A program made the translations under genes and the position numbers. A stretch of DNA of 51,289 nt. Source: a virus. Its lineage: Duplodnaviria > Caudoviricetes. The first letter of the stretch is position 1; the number at the start of each line of letters is the position of its first letter. Under the pieces are notes generated by a model. The model saw only the letters and a list, made by a program, of their open reading frames with translations. It was not told where the DNA came from and searched no databases. Of the stretch, positions 43,559 to 51,289 are shown one piece after another. The DNA lies in IMG/VR virus record IMGVR_UViG_3300037692_000062, positions 1 to 51,289 of that record, one strand, 5' to 3'.

Positions 43559-44660
43559 GGTCTCGATCACTACACTAGCTAATCTTGATAATCCGGTCTC
43601 AGCGGTTGCGGAGATCAATGCGAATTTCGTCGCCATTCAAACAGCGATTGAGAAGCAGCTGTCCCGTGATGGGACGTCTCCTAATAGTATGTCCGCCAAT
43701 ATGGACATGAATGGCTACCGGATCATCAACCTTCCCGCGCCACTAGCCAGTACTGATGCTGCTAGGCATGGTGACCTCCAAGGATACGTTGATGATGCAG
43801 AGGCTGCTCAAGCGGCTGCTGAAGCCGCACAAGCACTGGCTGAAACGGCACAAGGAAATGCCGAACTAGCGGAGACAAATGCTGAGACAGCCCTGACCTC
43901 TGCTGAAGCGGTGCTGTCGAGTTTGAACGCAAAGTGGCTCGGGGTTGATACCAGCGATCCCACTCTAGACGACAGTGGAACCCCCGTAGCAACCGGCGCC
44001 TTCTACTATAACTCGTCTCTTGGCGTTTTTCGAGTTCTCTCCAGTGGGGTTTGGTACTCTGTTCCCTCTGCAACTCTCGCCGGCTTGTCTGATGTCGATG
44101 TTTCTTCTGTCGCTAACGGGCAGGGTGTGGCGTGGAATTCCACGACTGAGAAATTCGAACCGGTTTCGTTGACTGGGGCCAGAGCTGTCTCGACGTTTCT
44201 CCCGTACGACTCTATCCCGCCTGCTACAAACTACGCCTCTCTCGATATCCGCAATGGGCATCCTGTCTTGGATTTTGATACCACGACAGAAGAAGCAGCG
44301 GTCTTTACTAGCGCCATGGCTGAAACATACGCTGGTGGGGATTTGAAGATCACGTTGTTCTGTTCCGCCACCTCTGCCACGACAGGCACTATCGGCTGGC
44401 TGGTTGCAGTCGAACGTATAGACGCGTCTTCCTTGGACATTGATGCCGACGATTTTGCGACAGCAGTCACAATTACGGCTCAGACGGTCCCCGGCACTAG
44501 CGGACAAATCCTCGCGATGACGGCAACCCTAGACGCACCGACAGAAACCGACGGTGTCTTGGCGGGAGAAGCCTTTCGATTGAAGGTCTCTCGCGACGTC
44601 ACTAATGATACAGCCGCAGGTGATGCTGAACTCCTTCTTGTCAAACTTGAGGAAATCTAG
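43551..44660 (+). CDS. Tail fibre protein
   Basis: LSRDG..PNSM...DMNGYRIINLPAP anchor, Ala-rich heptad stalk, LAGLSDVD repeat, beta-rich C-terminus. Confidence 0.78.
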   Translation: MAKVSITTLANLDNPVSAVAEINANFVAIQTAIEKQLSRDGTSPNSMSANMDMNGYRIINLPAPLASTDAARHGDLQGYVDDAEAAQAAAEAAQALAETAQGNAELAETNAETALTSAEAVLSSLNAKWLGVDTSDPTLDDSGTPVATGAFYYNSSLGVFRVLSSGVWYSVPSATLAGLSDVDVSSVANGQGVAWNSTTEKFEPVSLTGARAVSTFLPYDSIPPATNYASLDIRNGHPVLDFDTTTEEAAVFTSAMAETYAGGDLKITLFCSATSATTGTIGWLVAVERIDASSLDIDADDFATAVTITAQTVPGTSGQILAMTATLDAPTETDGVLAGEAFRLKVSRDVTNDTAAGDAELLLVKLEEI

Positions 44661-45322
44661 TGGCGTACAACTTTGACACCAACGGAGAGCGTATGCAGTG
44701 GGGTACGATTATTCCCACTGTAACCTCAGTTGCGACTGTTTCGGTCTGGATGCGCACTACCAACGCGCCGGCGTCGACGTCGTGCAGCATTGCCAACAAG
44801 TGGTCTACTAGTAGTCGTAACGGTTGGGGTATACTCCTCAGGTCAGACGGCACGATCCAGTTTCAATGCTATGCAGCGTCTTCTGCTGTTGCCGCTCTTG
44901 TCGGCTCTACGAACGTTACAGACGGCGTCTGGCATAACATTCTTGGAACAATTAATATCGCCTCTGGGCAGCCGATTACTTTTTACGTTGACGGCGTGCA
45001 GCAAGCCACGGCGAATGCATCTGCTAACTGGACTGTGTCAAGCACCCTCCCGATAACGATTGGGGATAATGTTGACAGCTTTTGGTCGATGTACTCTGGT
45101 GATATCGCAGGACTGTCGTATTTTCATAATACGACTTTGTCGGCGGATGAAATCAAAGCCATTGGAAAGGGTTTTGATCCGTTGATCGTAGCACCCACTA
45201 AGATCACATTTTACGCACCGCTGGTGGATAGAGATCGTGAGTTAATTTCCAAGACCGCCGCGACTGTATCAGGGACGGTTCCACTGACCGATGGACCACA
45301 AGTCATCCGTGGTCTTGTTTAA
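44660..45322 (+). CDS. LamG/concanavalin A-like domain protein (possible receptor binding)
   Basis: TVSVWM, DGVWHNI, FYVDG, ITIG, GDI...LSADEI. Confidence 0.8.
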   Translation: MAYNFDTNGERMQWGTIIPTVTSVATVSVWMRTTNAPASTSCSIANKWSTSSRNGWGILLRSDGTIQFQCYAASSAVAALVGSTNVTDGVWHNILGTINIASGQPITFYVDGVQQATANASANWTVSSTLPITIGDNVDSFWSMYSGDIAGLSYFHNTTLSADEIKAIGKGFDPLIVAPTKITFYAPLVDRDRELISKTAATVSGTVPLTDGPQVIRGLV

Positions 45323-45336
45323 TTTTTGGAGGAACA

Positions 45337-45969
45337 ATGAAGTACAATCTTGATTTCTGTATGGATAAAATTCTTTCGCACGAGGGCGGCTACGTCAACC
45401 ATCCGAAGGACCCGGGTGGCCCGACAAATCTAGGCGTCACATTAGCTGTCGCGAAGGCGTTTGGCCTCGATGTTGACGGTGACGGTGACGTCGATATCAT
45501 TGACATCAAAAATTTGCGGCGAGAAGATGCGATAAAGGTCTTTAAAGCGAAGTACTGGGATTTGGTCTGGGGAGACCGGTTGCCATCTGGTGTGGACCTT
45601 GCTGTCTTTGATTTTGCGATCAACTCTGGGCCCAGCCGTGCGGTTATCTTCGTGCAGGAATTGGTCGGTGTTGCGCCCGACGGCAAGATGGGTCCGATTA
45701 CGTTCAACGCTATCGTTAGAGCTGATCCTCGTGACCTCATCAATAAGCTGTGTGATAAGCGTCAGGCATTCCTAGAGCGACTTAGTACATTCTCTACATT
45801 CGGCAAAGGTTGGACCCGACGTGTCGCTACTGTCCGCAAAGATAGTCTAAACCTCGTTAAGACCTCCCCGAAGGAAGAGATCAAACCAGAGGTTGAGCTG
45901 TCGGTCAAGAGCGATGATCTGTTCACGATCATCATTCGCATACTCATCAAACTTCTTACGAGGGCATAA
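45337..45969 (+). CDS. Endolysin, glycoside hydrolase family 108
   Basis: HEGGYVNHPKDPGGPTNLGVT, FDFAINSG, FGKGWTRRV; EF-hand-like DVDGDGDVD insert. Confidence 0.93.
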   Translation: MKYNLDFCMDKILSHEGGYVNHPKDPGGPTNLGVTLAVAKAFGLDVDGDGDVDIIDIKNLRREDAIKVFKAKYWDLVWGDRLPSGVDLAVFDFAINSGPSRAVIFVQELVGVAPDGKMGPITFNAIVRADPRDLINKLCDKRQAFLERLSTFSTFGKGWTRRVATVRKDSLNLVKTSPKEEIKPEVELSVKSDDLFTIIIRILIKLLTRA

Positions 45970-46361
45970 TGGGCGGTTTTCTTTCCATCGCAGGGCTCGT
46001 CTTTGGTGGCATCGGGAACTTTGCCATGCAAATATTGACTGGAGACAGTCTGAAGAGTATCTTGAAAACCATCGACAGTGGTTTTGATAATGAGACTGAA
46101 CGAGAAAGAATCAAAGGGGAGGTCACTAAGACTTGGATCGAGGCCCAAGCAAAGACAGTGCAGCGTCGGACGTGGTGGTTCCAACTTTTCTTTGTCATCC
46201 CTCTCGGCGTGTACTTCTCAGCTTGCGTCTTCGATGCGATTACGCACGTTCACTACACCGATCCACTACTTCCTCCTTTGGATAGTTGGGCTGGTTGGAT
46301 CATCTCTGCCTTGTTCGTCGTTGACGGAGGTAAGGCGCTTATCGATGGGTTTAAGAAGTGA
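45969..46361 (+). CDS. Holin-like membrane protein
   Basis: Two to three hydrophobic segments; TAATG-coupled to the endolysin. Confidence 0.6.
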   Translation: MGGFLSIAGLVFGGIGNFAMQILTGDSLKSILKTIDSGFDNETERERIKGEVTKTWIEAQAKTVQRRTWWFQLFFVIPLGVYFSACVFDAITHVHYTDPLLPPLDSWAGWIISALFVVDGGKALIDGFKK

Positions 46362-46636
46362 TGCCTTTTTCAGCCTTTAACTCAACGGAGAAGTTGGTGG
46401 AACGAACAACGGATGGTCTTGCTGTGGGTGCTGTGTCATCGTGGCTCTGGCTCCCATCCTTAAATCAACTTAGCGATATCTCTGCTCAGCTTCTCCCCAT
46501 TGTCGGTTTGGTATGGTTAGTTATCCAAATGGTATACTACCTCCAGGCCAGGTTTCGGAGACAGGAGCGAGAGGTCAGCAACCGTGAAATTGCCGTGACC
46601 AAGAGAGAAGATAGGCAGGACAAAGATGAAGTATAG
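46358..46636 (+). CDS. Holin-like membrane protein
   Basis: One to two hydrophobic helices and a charged C-terminus. Confidence 0.55.
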   Translation: MMPFSAFNSTEKLVERTTDGLAVGAVSSWLWLPSLNQLSDISAQLLPIVGLVWLVIQMVYYLQARFRRQEREVSNREIAVTKREDRQDKDEV

Positions 46637-47393
46637 CCTCTTGAAGATGGTGCAGCTTATCCTGTCCTCTATGGATAGTGATGAGGTTGATTCTATCGAT
46701 GACACGACAGAAGCAACACAGGTCGTGGACATCATTGAAACGACGTACTACGATCTTGCCAGCACCCTCGATCTGCCTGATGAGTGGGACTTCTTTGAGC
46801 TAGAGGCGTCAGGCGACACAACCCGACCAACGAAGATGACCGTTCCGAGTAACGTCTCCCATATCGAGTGGCTTCAGTATGATAACCGGCTGTCAACAAG
46901 TACGGAACGAGACTTGCGAGACTTGGTTCCACTGCCTCGGAAACGCTTCTTTGATCGAATGAATACGCTAGACAGCGCTGACACGAATGTCTACCAGTAC
47001 AATCTCCTAGTGGGCACGGGCGCTTTTGATGTCCGTGGCTACAACGACAGGATGCCGGTGTATTTTACGACTGCTGATGATAACACAATTATCATAGACA
47101 ACTACCTTGCGACGGAAGAGAGCACACTAACCGGCAACCGTACTCATGGTTATGGTCAGCTCATTCCAGTCTTTACAAGATCGAATACATTTATCCCGGA
47201 CTTCGCACCGAGGCAGTTTACGCTGTTTTTCAATGAGTGTAAGTCAACGTGTTTCGTTGATTTGAAGCAGATTGAGAACAGTAAGGCAGAGCAGCGTGCT
47301 CGTAAGGGTTGGGTGCAAGCACACCGAAAGGACCCCCTTGTTCCCGGCGGGAGTATCTACGACGAGATCGGGCCGAATTTTGGGAGGAAGTAA
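46626..47393 (+). CDS. Tail tubular protein A / adaptor
   Basis: LLKMVQLILSSMDSDEVDSIDDTTEA N-terminus typical of T7 gp11-like proteins. Confidence 0.8.
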   Translation: MKYSLLKMVQLILSSMDSDEVDSIDDTTEATQVVDIIETTYYDLASTLDLPDEWDFFELEASGDTTRPTKMTVPSNVSHIEWLQYDNRLSTSTERDLRDLVPLPRKRFFDRMNTLDSADTNVYQYNLLVGTGAFDVRGYNDRMPVYFTTADDNTIIIDNYLATEESTLTGNRTHGYGQLIPVFTRSNTFIPDFAPRQFTLFFNECKSTCFVDLKQIENSKAEQRARKGWVQAHRKDPLVPGGSIYDEIGPNFGRK

Positions 47394-47396
47394 TTA

Positions 47397-47615
47397 ATGG
47401 AAATTCGTTCGTTCGTTCTTGGTAATAACAGTCGAGTGTTCTTTAAGAAGAACCCACGTTTTGGAACATGGTCTGTGTCTTTCGAACGTGGTGCTATCCC
47501 ACAAATTCTCTCCGGTGAGTGGCAGTTCTTCTCTGAACTGTTTGATCGTGTTAACATCTACTTGAGGCACCGAGAGAAATCGAAGACAGAGATTAAGGAG
47601 GAGATCAATGGCTAG
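47397..47615 (+). CDS. Hypothetical protein
   Basis: G.IPQILSG.W pattern; between the tail tubular genes. Confidence 0.6.
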   Translation: MEIRSFVLGNNSRVFFKKNPRFGTWSVSFERGAIPQILSGEWQFFSELFDRVNIYLRHREKSKTEIKEEING

Positions 47616-48321
47616 GAACACTGGGACCGTCGTTCAGAACAATCTGAGCAGGGGTCTCATTACCGAAGCCACAGGTCTGAACTTTCCTGAAAACGCTGTC
47701 ACTGATGCGGATAACGTCGTCTTTGAGCGCGTTGGGAAGGTCCGCAGGCGCAAGGGCATCGATCTTGAGGGCTCTGCAACAGCGATCACTTATGAAGACG
47801 GCGACGGTCTTGTCAAGGAGTTTATTTGGCAGGCTGTGGCTAAGACAGGCGGCTTTACCTTTCTAGTCCTCCAACTTGGGGCTATCGTGTACTTCTTCGA
47901 GTTGACGCAAGAAGAGAGTCTTTCTGCCAACGTCCTCCCTGTGTCGTTAAACCTCAATGAGTACAAGGCCCCCGGCGCGGGTGACCTGTCGTTCACTCCT
48001 TGCAGCTTTGCCTCTGGGGCTGGATATCTCTTTGTTTCTCATCCGTATACTGATCCTATCATCGTGCGCTGGAGTAGCGATGACAGTGTGTTTGAAGCAG
48101 CCCGGGTTACGCTGTACATCCGTGATTTCGAGGGGGTGGATGATGGCCTGGGTGTTGGTGAGCAGCCGACGACCTTGAGTTCAGCACACCACTACAACCT
48201 ACAGAACCAAGGCTGGAATCAGCAGGTTCGCGTAGGCACTGTGAATAACGAAGTCGGTGCTGGCGGCTCTCTGGGTGGCGAAGCCTTGTCTGTCTCTCTT
48301 GGCTGGACGGAGTTGACGTAA
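47608..48321 (+). CDS. Tail tubular protein B / nozzle, N-terminal part
   Basis: RGLITEATGLNFPENA..D..N.......RRRKG start; HYNLQNQGW. Confidence 0.72.
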   Translation: MARNTGTVVQNNLSRGLITEATGLNFPENAVTDADNVVFERVGKVRRRKGIDLEGSATAITYEDGDGLVKEFIWQAVAKTGGFTFLVLQLGAIVYFFELTQEESLSANVLPVSLNLNEYKAPGAGDLSFTPCSFASGAGYLFVSHPYTDPIIVRWSSDDSVFEAARVTLYIRDFEGVDDGLGVGEQPTTLSSAHHYNLQNQGWNQQVRVGTVNNEVGAGGSLGGEALSVSLGWTELT

Positions 48322-49493
48322 TGAGTTTCGGCAGTAAGAAAACGGTTACGGTTGCGTCTGAAGACACCAGTCTTGCAAATCCGATTACCTTCTATACGGG
48401 TAAGGTTGGGAAGTACCCAGCAAATTCACAGATTTGGTGGGCGATGGTTCGTCCGCCGGAGGTTGGTACAGACCGTCCTCCGAAGCAATACCTTGAGATC
48501 TTTGATCCGGCACTACGCCACCAGATTTATACAGGGAATACACCGGCCCCAAAGGGGCATTTTGTACTAACAGCCTTCTACAAAGATCGAAGCAGTGCCT
48601 CTGGTATTGCTAATCTCACGACACAGACCAGCAATGGTGCCCGTCCGCAAGCTGTGGCATTCTACGCTGGACGGGTGTTCTACGGTGGGGTGTTTGCTTC
48701 TGAGTACAATACGAGGGTGTACTTCTCGCAAATTCTTGAGCGTCCAGAGCAGAGTGGGGAGTGCTACCAATCACAGGACCCAACCGCCCAAGACCTTCGA
48801 GACCTCTTGCCGAGTGACGGAGGCGTCCTTGTAATCCCTGAAGCGGTACACATTTACCACATGGCTCCAGTCGGGCAGGACTTGTATGTCTTCGGTAGTA
48901 ATGGCGTGTGGAGGATTGGTGGTAGCTCTGGTGTCGGTTTTCTCGCCAACGACTATTCTGTGAGTAAAATCGCTGGTACACCAGCGTTAAGCAATCTGTC
49001 GTTTGTGGATGTCGAGGGTATTCCAGTTTGGTGGAATCGAAGCAGCATCAATACATTTTCTCCGGATCAGAATGGCGTTCTCCGCGTTGTCTCTCTGACA
49101 GACGAAACCATTAAAACCTGGTTTAATCTCATCCCAGAGGAAAGCAAGTACTACGCCAAGGGCACGTACGATCCGTTGACTGGGTACGTCCAGTGGCTGT
49201 ATCGAAGCACGGAAGCTTCCGGAGAAGACGACATCTTCAATTACGACCGCGTCCTCGTCCTTGACACAAAATCCGGGGCGTTCTCCCCGTGGTCATTGAC
49301 ACAAACCGACCGGATCACCATGAAAGGTATCTTTACCCTTGAGGGCAAGTCCGTTGAACAATATAATGACCCGGTTTACGTCGGAACAGACGAAGTCCTT
49401 ATTGGAACTGATCCGGTCGTGGTTCTCTTAGAGCGCAGAAAAGTCGTACAGTCTAAAGTCAAATACATTGTGAATGTGAGCGAAGATCAATGA
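48321..49493 (+). CDS. Tail tubular protein B / nozzle, central part
   Basis: RPQAVAFYAGRVFY, YFSQ, CYQ..DPT, LYVFGSNGVWRI beta-propeller blades. Confidence 0.75.
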   Translation: MSFGSKKTVTVASEDTSLANPITFYTGKVGKYPANSQIWWAMVRPPEVGTDRPPKQYLEIFDPALRHQIYTGNTPAPKGHFVLTAFYKDRSSASGIANLTTQTSNGARPQAVAFYAGRVFYGGVFASEYNTRVYFSQILERPEQSGECYQSQDPTAQDLRDLLPSDGGVLVIPEAVHIYHMAPVGQDLYVFGSNGVWRIGGSSGVGFLANDYSVSKIAGTPALSNLSFVDVEGIPVWWNRSSINTFSPDQNGVLRVVSLTDETIKTWFNLIPEESKYYAKGTYDPLTGYVQWLYRSTEASGEDDIFNYDRVLVLDTKSGAFSPWSLTQTDRITMKGIFTLEGKSVEQYNDPVYVGTDEVLIGTDPVVVLLERRKVVQSKVKYIVNVSEDQ

Positions 49494-51106
49494 CAATCAC
49501 TTTTTATGACGGCTTCGAAGGCTACCAGAATCAAGGGTTTACCCTGCCCTCTGCGGCCGAGCTTGATATGGGAAAGTACTGGTACCTGAATACGCTGTAC
49601 CCCATTGCAGTCACAAATTCGTCGTATCTTTTCGGTGTTGCCGCTGCTGTTAACGGAGGCCTTCCTTGGCGGTTTGATCGGACCTCTGCTGGCGTTACCC
49701 CAGGAACTACAGAACTTCGCCTCGGCGCTTGGGTGCTCCCTCACGATCCCCAGTCGTCAAGCAACACCCTTGAAATCTTTCGTTTTCGTAGTGATACGTA
49801 CGCGTTTGTCCTGCGCACTAGAAACGGAGGCGACCTCAGCTTTGCTCGACTGACCGATCCAAACGAGTCAAGCACGCCTGTCGCGGAAGAATCCACATGG
49901 ACGGCCGCAGGACTAATCGAGACAGGCACTTGGGTTCACATCGAGTATTATGTCGATTTCACTACAGGTGTCAACGAGGTTCGATTGAATGGCGTCCTCG
50001 TGCATTCATGGACAGCAACAGGAGTAAGCACGCCTACGTGGATTACGCCAAACCTTGGTGACTGGCGGTACACTGACAGCATTGCGAATGTGCCTTGGGA
50101 CTTTCGTATGGACCACTTGTACATGACGGATGGCCCAGCATTACCCACGGACCAAGACATCCTCGCCGTTGGCGTCTTCGCTATCGTTGATCACATCGTT
50201 GCGTCAAGCAATCCCGGACTAAAAGGCACACTCACCATCGGCAGCACACTGTATCAACACAGCACGAAAACACAGGCAGGTTCTAGCAATGGCACTACTT
50301 CGAACTTTGCTAATGGTGTGCACTGGCAATGGATGACTGATCCTAGCGATGGGCAGCCGTGGTCTCAGAGTAAGCTTGACAATGTGACGTTCTTTGGGTT
50401 ATGTTACGGCGCTACAACTGCATCAGGCACAATGCGAGTTGACAACCTCTTCTTGACGTACCTCGATTATAACTCGGGGATGCCGCTTGTTAGGTACTAC
50501 GCCCCTGATGTCGTCGACACGATAGACACCGTTTGGACGCGGTCCGACACAGGTGAGACTTTTGCTGGTCATGTCGATGACATTCCGAGGACCGGTACAC
50601 AGAACCTCACCCTGACAGACAACCTGTACTGTGCTGAACCCGGTTGCATTCGTTTTCGGTATAACCAGCCCGATCCACCCATTCTCGTCACAGGGATCAC
50701 CTTTGCAGAAGAGTTCCGGGAAGATTACCTCGACTGGGTTCGTGTCCTTGGCTCCGACGGCCTCGATTACGAAAGCTATTTCATCTCAGGCTACGGGATT
50801 TACGGTGAAGGAAATAAACAATTCCAGAATAACTATGTCACTGTCAACTATGAGAATGTCGCCAGTGGAGCCGCATACATCCAAGGTTTGTGGGACTACA
50901 CTCTGGACCCCAACACCGGTCGCTGGAGTATGCAACAGCGTGTGTATAAAGACAACCTCTCCGACAGTGACTACAAACACGGCACACGAAAACTCAAAAT
51001 CAGGGGAAGCGGAAAGGCGCTACAGCTTCGCGTTTTGAGCGAGTCTGGTAAGCCGTTCACGATTAATGGCTGGTCGCTTCTAGTGACCGGTGAAACCGCA
51101 GTCTAG
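49490..51106 (+). CDS. Lectin-like beta-sandwich domain(s) fused to nozzle C-terminal domain
   Basis: FYDGFE...WVHIE..V..VRLNG...DHLY N-terminal domain; C-terminal DW...DYESY...KLKIRGSGKALQLRVLSESGKPFTINGWS. Confidence 0.65.
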   Translation: MTITFYDGFEGYQNQGFTLPSAAELDMGKYWYLNTLYPIAVTNSSYLFGVAAAVNGGLPWRFDRTSAGVTPGTTELRLGAWVLPHDPQSSSNTLEIFRFRSDTYAFVLRTRNGGDLSFARLTDPNESSTPVAEESTWTAAGLIETGTWVHIEYYVDFTTGVNEVRLNGVLVHSWTATGVSTPTWITPNLGDWRYTDSIANVPWDFRMDHLYMTDGPALPTDQDILAVGVFAIVDHIVASSNPGLKGTLTIGSTLYQHSTKTQAGSSNGTTSNFANGVHWQWMTDPSDGQPWSQSKLDNVTFFGLCYGATTASGTMRVDNLFLTYLDYNSGMPLVRYYAPDVVDTIDTVWTRSDTGETFAGHVDDIPRTGTQNLTLTDNLYCAEPGCIRFRYNQPDPPILVTGITFAEEFREDYLDWVRVLGSDGLDYESYFISGYGIYGEGNKQFQNNYVTVNYENVASGAAYIQGLWDYTLDPNTGRWSMQQRVYKDNLSDSDYKHGTRKLKIRGSGKALQLRVLSESGKPFTINGWSLLVTGETAV

Positions 51107-51289
51107 GAGGACACCATGACTGAGAGTATGAAACTACATCCGACATTGCGTCATGCTACGCTTGAGGACATACCATTCATCGTCGATCTGGCTAAGGAGC
51201 TGGCTAAGAACAGTCCGTATGACGACATCGGGATCGACTACGCCAAGACCCGTCAGATGATGGAGAAGTTCGTAATCGAGGGTCAGGTG
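51092..51289. repeat. Terminal overlap, copy 2
   Basis: Repeat of 1-198 with one mismatch; contains the truncated 5' part of the GNAT gene. Confidence 0.95.

Noticed and set aside
43790-43915. Ala/Glu heptad repeats in the tail fibre
   Set aside because: Ordinary coiled-coil stalk; no DNA-level repeat system or diversity-generating retroelement (no reverse transcriptase in the genome).
51092-51289. Biological direct terminal repeat
   Set aside because: It falls mid-operon and truncates a gene; true ends more likely lie in the 34930-35420 gap between the arms.

Overview
The window is an apparently complete ~51.1-kb dsDNA podovirus genome. Bases 1-198 recur at 51092-51289 with one mismatch, so the unit length is about 51,091 bp and the sequence is opened inside the virion module. 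It has two arms. The + strand late arm runs from 35.7 kb to the end and on through 1-9.4 kb (terminases, portal, scaffold, capsid, tail, lysis, internal virion proteins). The - strand early/middle arm runs from 34.9 kb down to 9.4 kb: many small genes, tRNA-Trp, a phiEco32/PA11-type amidoligase cluster, a degenerate UNG, family A DNA polymerase, SSB, Cas4-like exonuclease, endonuclease VII, primase-helicase and a C5 methyltransferase. I recognise no RNA polymerase, integrase or repressor. The layout resembles PA11/SIO1-like (Zobellviridae-like) phages, and several clues suggest an alphaproteobacterial host (both inference). Most unusual signals: (1) an early transcript of about 1.6 kb (34240->32620) that can fold into a large structured RNA, with nested long-range helices, including a 27-bp stalk, that exactly enclose one protein gene; (2) an 11-bp-periodic array matching alphaproteobacterial LexA boxes between the two arms, mirrored at the late promoter; (3) a uracil-DNA glycosylase homolog lacking its catalytic motifs, near a polymerase with paired steric-gate/O-helix substitutions; (4) a tail nozzle gene apparently split into three ORFs with an inserted domain. 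All protein calls come from motif recognition by eye and all RNA pairings were checked by hand; no searches or folding programs were run.
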